In this document: positions 10,248-19,653 of the stretch, one piece after another
How the letters are laid out: each line of letters begins with the position of its first letter
Numbering within the stretch: position 1 is the stretch's first letter
NCBI RefSeq assembly: GCF_000148385.1
Contig: NC_014537.1
Location: 1,560,001 to 1,592,000 of the forward strand
DNA length: 32,000 bases
From: Vulcanisaeta distributa DSM 14429
GTDB lineage: Archaea; Thermoproteota; Thermoprotei; Thermoproteales; Thermocladiaceae
Direction: 5' to 3'
The notes under the pieces: generated by a model
The model's input: only the letters and a program-made list of their open reading frames with translations
The model's database searches: none
What the model was told of the DNA's origin: nothing
Made by a program: the position numbers and the translations under genes

Positions 10248-11408
10248 ATGAGGTCACGCGTATTAGTGATGCTTGGCGTGTTAATACCATTCTTAATGAG
10301 TGCGTATTGTGTATTCTCAATAACGTACCTATTCCCTGAAATTGCGAGGGTAATGCATGTAAGTATATCTGCATTATCATTTACAGTCACCTTATCATTC
10401 ATTGGCGGCGCGGTGGGTGGTGTTATCATCGGGATGATTGCGGACGCTTACGGTCGTAGGGTTGGACTGGCAGTGTCCATTATATTATTCTCCATAGCGA
10501 CGTTAACCGCGGGTTTTGCAATGAACATATGGGTATTATACATAACCTGGTTTCTCGTTGGCTTTGGCGTTAATCCTGAGAATGGAATTACATACTCAGT
10601 GATCGCTGAAAACTGGTCCAGGGGCAGGGGGTTAATTGGTGGTGTTGTTCAGGGCCTTTACTTTGTGGGGTTGATGATAGACGCCATAGTGACTAGTCTA
10701 GTGGCAGAATGGAGACTCGCCCTCATGCTTATTGGTATTACTAGCTTATTGGTCTCACTTCCCTGGGTTTTTATAATTCCTGAGACGGTCAGGAAGGTCG
10801 GAATCACTAGGGTCAATTACAGCGAATTATTCAGTGGTAATTACCTGTTGATAACGATATTCGGCACAATACTGGTGGCCTCCGCATTCCTACTAACGGT
10901 GCCCCTAGCCAGTTTAGCGCCGACATACATGAGGATCATTGGAATCGAACCACTAAGCACCTGGTTAATAGTCCTACCCATAATTGGTGCTGTGGCCTAT
11001 GGATTGGCTGGCTACCTATCAGATGTGATTGGTAGGGATAGGACATTGATAATACTCTCCATAGTTGCCCTAATAGCCTCAATACTGCTCATTATAGTAT
11101 CAACCACGGCTCCATTAATGCACGTGGTACCCTACTCATTAGCTCTGGCGTACTTCTCAAGCTCAGTATTTGCATACTTAGGTGTTTGGATGAGTGAATT
11201 ATACCCAATTAGGATTAGGGCTACTGCTTCGAATTTCATATTTACCCTAGGCAGGTTATTGGGTGGTATTGGACCGGCCTTGGTCGCTATGGCATTCAGT
11301 AATGACTTAGGGCTGGGCATTGGCATTGTAATGGCAATATGCTCAGTACTGGCATTGATATCTACGGTAAACCTAAGAAGCGTTACACACAGAGTTATGT
11401 TTGATTAA
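10248..11408 (+). CDS. MFS transporter (12-TM type)
   Basis: Contains GMIADAYGRRVGL (the D-x-x-G-R-R loop 2-3 motif) and multiple TM segments in two halves separated by a charged loop (PETVRKVG). Confidence 0.8.
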   Translation: MRSRVLVMLGVLIPFLMSAYCVFSITYLFPEIARVMHVSISALSFTVTLSFIGGAVGGVIIGMIADAYGRRVGLAVSIILFSIATLTAGFAMNIWVLYITWFLVGFGVNPENGITYSVIAENWSRGRGLIGGVVQGLYFVGLMIDAIVTSLVAEWRLALMLIGITSLLVSLPWVFIIPETVRKVGITRVNYSELFSGNYLLITIFGTILVASAFLLTVPLASLAPTYMRIIGIEPLSTWLIVLPIIGAVAYGLAGYLSDVIGRDRTLIILSIVALIASILLIIVSTTAPLMHVVPYSLALAYFSSSVFAYLGVWMSELYPIRIRATASNFIFTLGRLLGGIGPALVAMAFSNDLGLGIGIVMAICSVLALISTVNLRSVTHRVMFD

Positions 11409-11458
11409 CCCTTAGACCCAACCTAAAGTTTCAACAATAGTAAAAATCCCCTAGCAAT

Positions 11459-12292
11459 TCACCTTTTAACCCACTCCTTAATTACGTTCATTGTTAAGTA
11501 CTTAAGCCCCATGTTAGACTTGATGGTATCCCACTCGTAGAGTATCCTAACGGCTTCATTAGCCACCTTTATCGCATCTTCGACTCCGGCATCTGGCACA
11601 AATTCGTTAGTCTTTCTATTAGCTATTACTGCCATGATGCCCCCAGCCCTTGCTCCATGTATGTTGGCTATTGTGTATATGGTTGCGGCCTCCATCTCGA
11701 AGTTTAGCACGTTCATTGAGGATAATGTATCAACAATATCTCTTGACCAGGGTGGTTGATAGTCCCTGAATCCTGGTCTGCCCTGGCCCACGTAGAAGTC
11801 CGCCGTGGATGCTGTTAATCCAACGTGATATTTAACGCCAAGCATCTCTGCAGCTGTTATAAGGGCTAGAACCACGTCGTAGCTGGCCACTGCCGGGTAT
11901 TCAGGCATTGCGTAGGCATTGCTTGCTCCGTCAAATCTAACGGCACCGGTATTAATGATGACGTCACCAACCCTAATCCACTCATGTAGTGCCCCAGTCG
12001 TGCCAACCCTAATGAAGGTATTTGCGCCGAGAGTAAGTAATTCCTCGATGGCTATTGCCGCCGCAGGCCCACCAATCCCAGTGGATACAGCCGATATTGG
12101 GGCGCCCTTGTAAGTGCCTGTGTAGGTTACGTACTCCCTATGCGTTGCCACGGCGCGGGCAGAATCCCAGTACCTGGCGATCCTGGGTACCCTGTCAGGG
12201 TCGCCTGGTGTTAATACGTATGGTGCTATGTCACCGGGACCAGCCATTAAGTGGTATACCTTTGTACCCACTGTTGGTCTTAGTGCGGACAT
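11459..12292 (-). CDS. udp: uridine phosphorylase / nucleoside phosphorylase (PNP_UDP_1 family)
   Basis: Contains GDPDRV..IA...D........REY..YTG.YKG..IS..STGIGGP.AAIA.EEL...GA..FIRVGT.G, and FEME later in the protein. Confidence 0.85.
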   Translation of the reverse strand: MSALRPTVGTKVYHLMAGPGDIAPYVLTPGDPDRVPRIARYWDSARAVATHREYVTYTGTYKGAPISAVSTGIGGPAAAIAIEELLTLGANTFIRVGTTGALHEWIRVGDVIINTGAVRFDGASNAYAMPEYPAVASYDVVLALITAAEMLGVKYHVGLTASTADFYVGQGRPGFRDYQPPWSRDIVDTLSSMNVLNFEMEAATIYTIANIHGARAGGIMAVIANRKTNEFVPDAGVEDAIKVANEAVRILYEWDTIKSNMGLKYLTMNVIKEWVKR

Positions 12293-12304
12293 TGGCCAAT
12301 TGGC

Positions 12305-12331
12305 GATGGTATTTTTTAAAGAATTACCATC
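12305..12331. promoter_or_regulatory. perfect 7-bp inverted repeat (GATGGTA-N13-TACCATC) enclosing the udp TATA box
   Basis: The 13-nt spacer TTTTTTAAAGAAT reads TTCTTTAAAAAA on the minus strand, about 20-30 nt upstream of the udp ATG (12292). This is the geometry of an operator overlapping a TATA box. Confidence 0.45.
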
Positions 12332-12527
12332 ACATAAGTAAAACGGGTCAGGAATTAGTGCTTCGACTTGGAACAGATGGCGTGCGTGGCATAATCTATG
12401 AGGGCTTTAACGTGAAGTTCACGGCTGTTCCCACTAGGTCAGTCTTTCATTATTGGTTTGGTAAATCCCTGGGTTGAGGTCAAGTACTAAGAGCAAGGTT
12501 AATAATGATGAGAACTAGACCCGCAAT

Positions 12528-13403
12528 GTGAGGGTATTCATTAAGTGGTGTGGACTGCCCTGGTGCATGTTTGTCGGCTCATGGCTATTTGAGGGATTGG
12601 AGGTTGTTAAGTACGTTAGGGATGCCACGCCGGTAGCACCGCCTGAACCCATAGTTGAGTTGGGCAGTGTTAGTGGTGATGTACTTAGGCAGTTATTGAG
12701 TAGGCTTAGGCAGTTGATATCGTTGGCGAGCGTGGTTGCGTGGATCAAGAGGGTTGGTCTTAGGGTCTTTATCCATGGTTCAGCAATTCCCGAACCAATG
12801 AATGACTTTATCAGGGCGGCATTGGCTGGTGGTGCGGATGGAGTGTTTGTAGATGACATTGTAAATGTTAATAGTGACCTCATAGATACTGTGCACGTTA
12901 ATCAGAGGGTTGGTGAGAATTCTGTGAATTACATAGTCATAAGCCCTGATATGCCTCATCAGCATTCAATTAGGGCATACGGCATCATCATTAAGGATGC
13001 CGTCATTGACAGGAACTGGCTATTACGCGTTAGGGATATGCTTAGGTCGGTCTATGGTAATAAAGAGTTCTTAGTAATGCTCGATAATTCATCACTGAGG
13101 AGGGAAGTTATTGAGGAATTGCAGGATGTAGTCGATGGTGTGGTGGTTATGGAGATACCAAGCCTGGTCTCACTGGGCTTTGATGACCACAGGGCGCTTA
13201 ATGTGTTTAGGTGCGTTAGTTGCTACATTGATTTTGAGACCGAGGGCGAAATGAGGAAGTGCCCGAGGTGCGGTAATAGGCTAAGACCCGTTATTAAGCG
13301 TTGGGATAAGTTTACGGTAATCGAGCCAAAGGTACTGAGGCTTAAGGCGAGTGATGAGATTAAGTATATGCGGTTAAGCCCACCCAAAGTTATTAATTAC
13401 TGA
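12528..13403 (+). CDS. hypothetical protein with C-terminal zinc ribbon
   Basis: 291-aa ORF. GTG 12528 has an A/T box (TTAATAAT) about 29 nt upstream, and ATG 12567 is an alternative start. The C-terminal CVSC-x17-CPRC motif looks like a four-Cys zinc ribbon. It ends 27 nt before the helicase gene on the same strand. Confidence 0.55.
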   Translation: MRVFIKWCGLPWCMFVGSWLFEGLEVVKYVRDATPVAPPEPIVELGSVSGDVLRQLLSRLRQLISLASVVAWIKRVGLRVFIHGSAIPEPMNDFIRAALAGGADGVFVDDIVNVNSDLIDTVHVNQRVGENSVNYIVISPDMPHQHSIRAYGIIIKDAVIDRNWLLRVRDMLRSVYGNKEFLVMLDNSSLRREVIEELQDVVDGVVVMEIPSLVSLGFDDHRALNVFRCVSCYIDFETEGEMRKCPRCGNRLRPVIKRWDKFTVIEPKVLRLKASDEIKYMRLSPPKVINY

Positions 13404-13430
13404 GACATTTCATGTTGTTAGTATAGTATA

Positions 13431-15713
13431 ATGATTAGAGGCGATAGGTTAACAGTCGCTAAGTACATGCTTGAGGACGAATTCATCGGTGAATTAGGTA
13501 GTGATAGGGCTAGGATGATCCTTTACGTTCATGAGGACAAACCCTCAGAGCCGAGTTATGGCCCACCAATTGATAGTTTAGACCTGCCGAAGGAATTAAT
13601 AGACAAGTTGAGGAGTTTTGGGATTGATAGACTTTACGACTTTCAGTGGGAGGCTTATCAATCAATTATTAATGGGAATAATACGGTAATAATGGCAGGG
13701 ACTGGCGTTGGTAAGACCGAGGCATTCCTACTACCGTTAATAACGATGATTGGTAGGGAGGGCATTAAGGCAATGATTATGTACCCAACAAAGGCCCTCG
13801 CCAGGGATCAACTACTCAGGATGCAGAGGTACTTCACGGCCATCAACGTGTCCGTGATGCCTTATGATGGTGATACGCCAAGCGACATTAGGTCTAAGAT
13901 ATATTCCTCACCACCCGACATACTTATCACAAACCCTGACATGGTTAGTGAGGCCTTAACTCACGTTGGTAAGTTCAGGGATTTACTACGTAATTATGGC
14001 GTGGTCGTACTAGATGATTTCCATGTATATAATGGCGTTTTTGGAGCCCATGTTCATTACGTGCTCAAGAGGATGAGGAGGTTCATGAGGAATTATCAGT
14101 TCGTTGTTTCCACAGCCACGGTTGGCAACCCAGTTGATTTTGCCCGGGAGTTGCTCGGTGTTGATGATGTTAGGTTAATTAGGGGTCCAGAGGGTAGGAG
14201 GGGCTTAGTTAGGCACGTACTGGTTAGCCCGATAAGCAGGGGTAGGCTTGCTGAGGCTGCTGAGTTGGCTAGGGTGTGTGTTAGGAGGGGTATGAAGTGC
14301 CTGGTCTTTGCTGATAGCCATAGGTTTGTGGAGTTGATTAAGAGATTTGTCGACAAGGCCGGGTTTGGTGATAGGGTTAGGGTTCATAGGGCTGGGCTCA
14401 CCATTGAGGAGAGGCATGAGGTTGAGGATGGGTTTAGGGAGGGCAGGTACTTAGTGCTCCTGACTACGCCGACTCTAGAAATGGGTATTGACGTTGGCGA
14501 TGCGGATGTGGCCGTCATGGCGACAATACCACCCAGCTACTCAAAGTACCTGCAGAGGAGTGGTAGAGTTGGTAGGAGGGGTCAGAGGGCTTACGTGATT
14601 CAGGTCCTTGGGGATGACCCAATGAGCACCTACTATAGTTCAAATCCACGTGAGTTCTACATGAGGAAGCCAGAGGATCTGTACGTTGAGTGGAGGAATG
14701 ACGAGATTGCCAAGAGGCACTGCCTATTGATGGCTTATGAAAGGCCTGTGAGGAGCAGCTCAGTGGATCTTTACTGTGAGGAGGTGCTTAAGTCCTTGGT
14801 CAGTGAGGGTTTAGTTGAGGTTAGGGGTAATTACTATGTAGTGAGTAGTAAGGGTCGTGAGGTCGCTAAGGCAATGCATGGCATTAGGGGTATTGGCGAT
14901 GTTGTTAAGATAGTCGAGGGTAGGAGGGTAATCGGCCATAGAGAATTACCGATGGCACTAAGGGAGCTTCATGACGGTGCCATTTATCTTCATGGTGGTA
15001 GGGTCTACGAGGTCTATAAACTCGACCTTGGAAGCAGAACAGCCCACGTGAGAAGGTTACCGAACGACTACGATCTTTACACAACGGCGCTCTACATCTC
15101 TGAACCTAAGATTGATGAAGTACTTGAGGAGGGTTTCATAAAGTCCGTGCCCTATCAATACGTTCGGTTAACAATTAAGGAGGTGGTTCATGGTTACGTG
15201 GTTAAGAGATTCGGTAGTGGTGAGGTTGTGGAGAGGAGGGAATTCAATGAGTCATTCACGTATGAGTTCAGAACAAAGGGCATAATCATCTACGCGCCCT
15301 TCATAACCTTCAGTCCATTTGAGAATGTGGACGTCGTTGAGAGAGGCAGGGCTTACCATGCGGCTGAGCACATAATGATCATGGTTGGGGAGAATGTGGT
15401 TGGGGCAGGGCCCACGGATCTAGGTGGTATCTCATACCCAACTGGGCATATAATAATTTATGATTCATACCCAGGCGGTTCAGGCACCGCTAAAATGCTC
15501 CTTAAGAATATTGATGAAGTGCTTAAGATATCCCTTAACGTATTAACACACTGCACGTGTATTGATGGTTGTCCTAAATGTGTTTACTCGCCGTATTGCG
15601 GCAATGATAATCATTACCTATCAAGGAGGAATGCCATAAGGGTTATTGACGCGATAATTAAGGGTGTATCGTCAAGAATTACTGAATTACCTAACGAGGG
15701 GTCTTATGATTAG
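13431..15713 (+). CDS. SF2 DExH-type helicase with C-terminal DUF1998 (MrfA/YprA-like zinc-binding) domain
   Basis: Motif I is AGTGVGKTEAF and Ia is YPTKALARDQ. Motif II reads VLDDFH, which is not DExH. Motif III is STAT and VI is QRSGRVGRRG. The C-terminus HAAEH...GGISYP...IYDSYPGGSG...HCTCIDGCPKCVYSPYCGNDNHYLSRRNA is the DUF1998 signature. Confidence 0.9.
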   Translation: MIRGDRLTVAKYMLEDEFIGELGSDRARMILYVHEDKPSEPSYGPPIDSLDLPKELIDKLRSFGIDRLYDFQWEAYQSIINGNNTVIMAGTGVGKTEAFLLPLITMIGREGIKAMIMYPTKALARDQLLRMQRYFTAINVSVMPYDGDTPSDIRSKIYSSPPDILITNPDMVSEALTHVGKFRDLLRNYGVVVLDDFHVYNGVFGAHVHYVLKRMRRFMRNYQFVVSTATVGNPVDFARELLGVDDVRLIRGPEGRRGLVRHVLVSPISRGRLAEAAELARVCVRRGMKCLVFADSHRFVELIKRFVDKAGFGDRVRVHRAGLTIEERHEVEDGFREGRYLVLLTTPTLEMGIDVGDADVAVMATIPPSYSKYLQRSGRVGRRGQRAYVIQVLGDDPMSTYYSSNPREFYMRKPEDLYVEWRNDEIAKRHCLLMAYERPVRSSSVDLYCEEVLKSLVSEGLVEVRGNYYVVSSKGREVAKAMHGIRGIGDVVKIVEGRRVIGHRELPMALRELHDGAIYLHGGRVYEVYKLDLGSRTAHVRRLPNDYDLYTTALYISEPKIDEVLEEGFIKSVPYQYVRLTIKEVVHGYVVKRFGSGEVVERREFNESFTYEFRTKGIIIYAPFITFSPFENVDVVERGRAYHAAEHIMIMVGENVVGAGPTDLGGISYPTGHIIIYDSYPGGSGTAKMLLKNIDEVLKISLNVLTHCTCIDGCPKCVYSPYCGNDNHYLSRRNAIRVIDAIIKGVSSRITELPNEGSYD

Positions 15714-16704
15714 TGTTAATCATTGTTAATTTCCTTGATATACTGAGAAAGGCAGGCATGAGTATTATTAATGGCACTATGTACGTAACTACCCTAAACC
15801 AAACATCATACATTAAGTAATAATTACCAAGCCCAAGGCTATTTAGTATGTATAGGTTAGCAAGTTCGCCAATACCCGCTGAGCCAGGTAATACCGATAT
15901 GTACGTAAGTACTATGTATGAGGATGAAATTAAGATCCCCGTTAATACATTTATGTGAGCACCAAAGGCATAGAATATCATCATTACGTTAAGCCCCGAC
16001 AGCACCCACTGAACAATTGATACTAGGAAAATTATTAAGTAATCAATAAGCGAGAGTTTAAGACCATAGACCTCACTAGCATTTATCAATATAAAGTTAC
16101 TCGCAATCTTTACCTGTGAATTAATAAACCTGAATAAACCCTCAATATACCTACCAAGTCTCGCACTTACTATCGCTATGAACAACACAATATATACCAG
16201 GAGCAGTATTAATGCCATTATGAACGCTATGTAGGGAACTACGGCAAGACTAAACATGTAAAACATGAGTACTATGGACGTCAATGTTATCGTATCAACT
16301 GTATAACGAAGCACTATGCCCTCCGTAGCCCTAGTCGTTGGTAACCCTTTAAGTGTTAGGTAGGCTATTGAGACAGCCTCACCACCAATGTAGAATCCAG
16401 GTATTAATAATGACGTGAACGTCTGCGCAGCGGCTATCTTAATGAGTTCTGTAGTCCCTACCCTATAGCCCATGCCCCTATTGAATATTATGCTAAGTCT
16501 AAGACCAACGAGCGATAATTGTGCCAAGTATATTATTTCAGAAATTATTAAATAGAGTGGGTATTTCGGGGCCTCATACCTACTGCTTGCCAGTCCCGAC
16601 CTTATTAATATTAATATTGTTGCTATTATTACGGCTATAGAAATGCCTATGAATGCCGCATCCCTACGCCAATCACCACCGCTAATACTATTATGCCTAA
16701 CCAA
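15691..16704 (-). CDS. polytopic integral membrane protein (possibly UPF0104/flippase-like family)
   Basis: 337 aa with about 8 hydrophobic segments. TTG start, with an A/T box (TCTTTAAAAC on the minus strand) about 28 nt upstream. The family call is tentative. The 3' end overlaps the convergent helicase gene by 23 nt. Confidence 0.55.
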   Translation of the reverse strand: MVRHNSISGGDWRRDAAFIGISIAVIIATILILIRSGLASSRYEAPKYPLYLIISEIIYLAQLSLVGLRLSIIFNRGMGYRVGTTELIKIAAAQTFTSLLIPGFYIGGEAVSIAYLTLKGLPTTRATEGIVLRYTVDTITLTSIVLMFYMFSLAVVPYIAFIMALILLLVYIVLFIAIVSARLGRYIEGLFRFINSQVKIASNFILINASEVYGLKLSLIDYLIIFLVSIVQWVLSGLNVMMIFYAFGAHINVLTGILISSSYIVLTYISVLPGSAGIGELANLYILNSLGLGNYYLMYDVWFRVVTYIVPLIILMPAFLSISRKLTMINTNHKTPR

Positions 16705-16741
16705 TCTAATCTTGGCTAATTACATACCGTTTTAAAGACTT

Positions 16742-17005
16742 TCACACAGTAATCCTAATCCCTAATATAATTCTTCTTTGCCATACCATGTCAAAGCACC
16801 CAACAAACATTAATCTAGGCACATCACTATCCAGGGACTTATTAACGCAATCAACAAAGTCAGGGAGGACTGCATTGACTGCCTCATGAATAATCTTTGT
16901 CCTCTCTCCAAAGTCAATATTTCTCAGGTAATTAATCCAGTGAGAGTCGCTGTAAAGCAGTACCTTAATTATATCCTCAATCTTAACATCGAAGTTCTGA
17001 CCCAT
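16742..17005 (-). CDS. hypothetical small protein
   Basis: 87-aa ORF with ATG start, directly upstream of the membrane protein on the same strand. No motif recognised. Confidence 0.35.
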   Translation of the reverse strand: MGQNFDVKIEDIIKVLLYSDSHWINYLRNIDFGERTKIIHEAVNAVLPDFVDCVNKSLDSDVPRLMFVGCFDMVWQRRIILGIRITV

Positions 17006-17141
17006 CTATTTATCTCTTGCTTCTCATATATTTAAATTTTTCTCAAAATGAATTACGTAAATTAAGTACATTAAATCAAAGTGATTTCTCAAAGATGATA
17101 ACAATATTAAAAATTAATTATGGGTAAGGTCAATTATAAGT

Positions 17142-17753
17142 CTATACGAATTTAATGCCATCAACCTTAGTGAGAGTGCCTGTGTATAGGAATGCTATTT
17201 GCCTAAGTGCAGCATAGTAATCGAATTCATTAAGTGCGGAGATGCCATCAATAGGCACAACCACGTTATACCAATTGAGCGCTGCGCTACCTGCCGTGTG
17301 TAGCACGCATATGTTAGCCACTGTACCCACTATTACTAAGTTCGTTGCATGGACGATATGTCTAAGTACGTAATCTAGGTCTGTGCCGAAGAATGCGTCG
17401 TACCTATGCTTCCTTATAACTATGTCATCCGGCAAGGGCTTAAGCTCATCAACTATTTCTGCACCCCACGTGCCCATGACGCAGTGCTCACCCCATATTC
17501 TAAACTCGGGGTCGTTCTTGAAGTGCCAGTCTTGGGTGTATATTACGGGTACATTGGCGTCTCTAGCTTTCGTTAGTAACTTCCTTATTGCTGGTATTGT
17601 GGCTTGTGCCGTCGGTACGTAGAGCTTACCATTTGGTTTTACGAAGTCATTCTGCATATCGACAACTATCACGGCAGTGCTTGAGGCCGGTAGTGAGACT
17701 TCCTCCTTAATTTCTATTTCAGGTACCTTAACCGTAGCCGTTATCTTTGACAT
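17142..17753 (-). CDS. isochorismatase-family hydrolase (nicotinamidase/pyrazinamidase-like)
   Basis: Contains AVIVVDMQNDF, VIYTQDWH, the K in RKHRYDAFFGTDL, and the catalytic Cys context VGTVANICVLHTA. I chose the internal ATG (MSKITAT...). The TTG/ATG-extended ORF to 17816 adds a basic, non-conserved-looking leader. Confidence 0.85.
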   Translation of the reverse strand: MSKITATVKVPEIEIKEEVSLPASSTAVIVVDMQNDFVKPNGKLYVPTAQATIPAIRKLLTKARDANVPVIYTQDWHFKNDPEFRIWGEHCVMGTWGAEIVDELKPLPDDIVIRKHRYDAFFGTDLDYVLRHIVHATNLVIVGTVANICVLHTAGSAALNWYNVVVPIDGISALNEFDYYAALRQIAFLYTGTLTKVDGIKFV

Positions 17754-17821
17754 CGGTCCAGAATTAATGATGCCCCTAATATATTTGAGGCGGCAATTTT
17801 TACCAAAATGCCGCATTGATT

Positions 17822-18241
17822 TTAAATCATTCTTTGAACCTTAAGCATAAACTGCTTGATCTTCGACATCACATTCTCAACGTGCCAAACAGGGTTTACG
17901 AAAACCATCAACCAGCCCTTGGAGCCCATTTCAAAGAAGGCGATTTTGAAGTTTGAGAAGCGAATTATGAGGTATTGATATGGACCAAGGAGGTCATCAT
18001 TGATTTTAGCGGTATGATCGACGAACTCTATGAGGGAAAGGAGGTTTTTGAGGGATTTGACGGTGAGGGTGTTTGGGATATGATAAATAAGTGGGATGCC
18101 GTTTGAATCAATAATGGCGGCGCCAATAATTACTTCGCCGTCTATCAACTCACTAAGCATTATCCGCTTAAGCTCGGTTTGAAGCGTCTTCTCAACGACC
18201 TTTTTATCGGGAGAAACATAAATTACCAAACTAATCCCCAT
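17822..18241 (-). CDS. Roadblock/LC7 (MglB-like) domain protein, putative
   Basis: 139 aa. IGAAIIDSNGIPLIYHIP followed by alternating beta/alpha propensity resembles the Roadblock/LC7 signature. An A/T box (CTTATAAAG on the minus strand) lies about 20-29 nt upstream. Confidence 0.5.
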   Translation of the reverse strand: MGISLVIYVSPDKKVVEKTLQTELKRIMLSELIDGEVIIGAAIIDSNGIPLIYHIPNTLTVKSLKNLLSLIEFVDHTAKINDDLLGPYQYLIIRFSNFKIAFFEMGSKGWLMVFVNPVWHVENVMSKIKQFMLKVQRMI

Positions 18242-18347
18242 AGAATTGCTAGCGCAACTCTTTATAAGCCTTATCGCTTCAATTTATGTACTATAGAGAG
18301 TACGTAGTAATATGTAGACAAAAAATAGATTTATAATACCTAAAACC

Positions 18348-19598
18348 CTACGTACCACTCCTCTTACCAGCCCTACCAAGCATTTCATGAGCCCTAGCCA
18401 ACTCATCCCTTGCCAAGGCAAGCACTAAATTAACCTCGCCAGCAAGTACGGCAGCTGCCACTATCTCCGCAAACTTCAGGGCATTGGTTCCAGGCGGGTT
18501 TCCAGAGCCATAAACACCAAGCATTTGAAGCATCTCTCTCTGCGTCGGCAACCCAGTACCACCACCCACAGTGCCAACCTCGAGACTCGGCAATGTAACT
18601 GATACGTAGAGGTCTCCATTATCGAGGGATTCCATCCAGGTAATACCCATGCTAGACTCAACAACCTGGGCCACATCCTGCCCAGTGGCTATGAATATCG
18701 CCGCAATTATATTAGCGAAGTGGGCGTTGAAGCCGTATGAATGAGCCAACGCAGAGCCAAGTAGGTTCTTCCTATTGTTGACCTCGGCAACGTCCTCCGC
18801 CGTGACACCCCACTTCTCCAGGGTGCTTCTTGGTATTACGGCCTCGCTAATCACGGTCTTACCCCTACCGAGTAGGAAGTTTACGGCGTTGGCCTTCTTA
18901 TCAACACACATATTACCACTAAGTGCGACTAGGCGCGCCTTTGGGAAGTTGCTAAGTATGTACTTAACGGCCTTGTCGGTGGCTATCGTCACCATGTTCA
19001 TACCCATCGCATCTCCAGTCGTGAACTTAAATCTAAGCCAAACATTATTACCAACAATAAACGGTTGAATACTCACTAACTTCGCATGCCTACTGGTTGA
19101 CTCAGCCACGCTCTTAACCTCATTGAAGTGCTCATTAACCCAATTAACAAGCTCAACAGCATCAATTACACTTGGCACCGCAATTACTGGAGCCCTGGTC
19201 ATACCATCATTAATGACCTTGCTCCTGGCACCACCTGCCTCAGTGACGATCTTAGCGCCCCTATTCACAGAGGCCACCAATGCGCCTTCCGTGGTCGCCA
19301 GTGGTATGTAGTAAAGTCCGTTGGCGTAATCGCCAATTACCCTCAACGGCCCCGCAATTCCTATTGGTACCTGCGCAGCGCCTATCGTGTTTTCTATATT
19401 CCTACCGACCACCGTGTTAAAGTCTATGACCGTCTTACTGACATTCTCGAGCTTCACATTAACCCTACTCTCGATATACCTCCTCCTGACTTCGGTTGCC
19501 TTATTCGAGTCATTAAAGAGCTTGTCTAGCTCGTGAAGTTTCAATTCACCTCTGTCAATCTTTGTGAATATGTCCTCAAGGCTTATTTCCTCAACCAT
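18348..19598 (-). CDS. hmgA: 3-hydroxy-3-methylglutaryl-CoA reductase, class I (archaeal)
   Basis: Contains TTEGALVASVNRG, GDAMGMNM, CVDKK, and LEVGTVGGGT. The length of 416 aa is typical. A T6 run on the minus strand lies about 25 nt past the stop. Confidence 0.95.
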   Translation of the reverse strand: MVEEISLEDIFTKIDRGELKLHELDKLFNDSNKATEVRRRYIESRVNVKLENVSKTVIDFNTVVGRNIENTIGAAQVPIGIAGPLRVIGDYANGLYYIPLATTEGALVASVNRGAKIVTEAGGARSKVINDGMTRAPVIAVPSVIDAVELVNWVNEHFNEVKSVAESTSRHAKLVSIQPFIVGNNVWLRFKFTTGDAMGMNMVTIATDKAVKYILSNFPKARLVALSGNMCVDKKANAVNFLLGRGKTVISEAVIPRSTLEKWGVTAEDVAEVNNRKNLLGSALAHSYGFNAHFANIIAAIFIATGQDVAQVVESSMGITWMESLDNGDLYVSVTLPSLEVGTVGGGTGLPTQREMLQMLGVYGSGNPPGTNALKFAEIVAAAVLAGEVNLVLALARDELARAHEMLGRAGKRSGT

Positions 19599-19618
19599 TA
19601 TATGGGCTATATCCAGGG

Positions 19619-19630
19619 AATATTTAAAAA
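19619..19630. promoter_or_regulatory. single shared A/T box (AATATTTAAAAA) between divergent hmgA and the thiolase-like gene
   Basis: It lies 21-32 nt from the hmgA ATG (19598, minus strand) and 24-35 nt from GTG 19654 (plus strand). The whole divergent spacer is only 55 nt. Confidence 0.45.
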
Positions 19631-19653
19631 CTTCACATTTATGGCAACTGCTG

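Noticed and set aside
12055-12477. 140-aa plus-strand ORF
   Set aside because: Most of it is antisense to the well-supported udp gene, and the remainder crosses the promoter spacer. The composition is Arg/Pro/Trp-rich, as expected of a GC-rich antisense frame.
12503-12560. Possible C/D-box sRNA (ATGATGA at about 12505)
   Set aside because: No CTGA D or D' boxes lie at the required spacing, and there is no terminal stem. The ATGATGA is more simply part of the A/T box region upstream of GTG 12528.
19564-19653. Upstream extension of the thiolase-like ORF (GTG 19564)
   Set aside because: It would overlap the hmgA start by 35 nt and run across the shared TATA box. The extension (MNMSSRLISSTIIWAISREYLKTSHLWQLL) has no counterpart in thiolases. 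GTG 19654 gives the canonical length.
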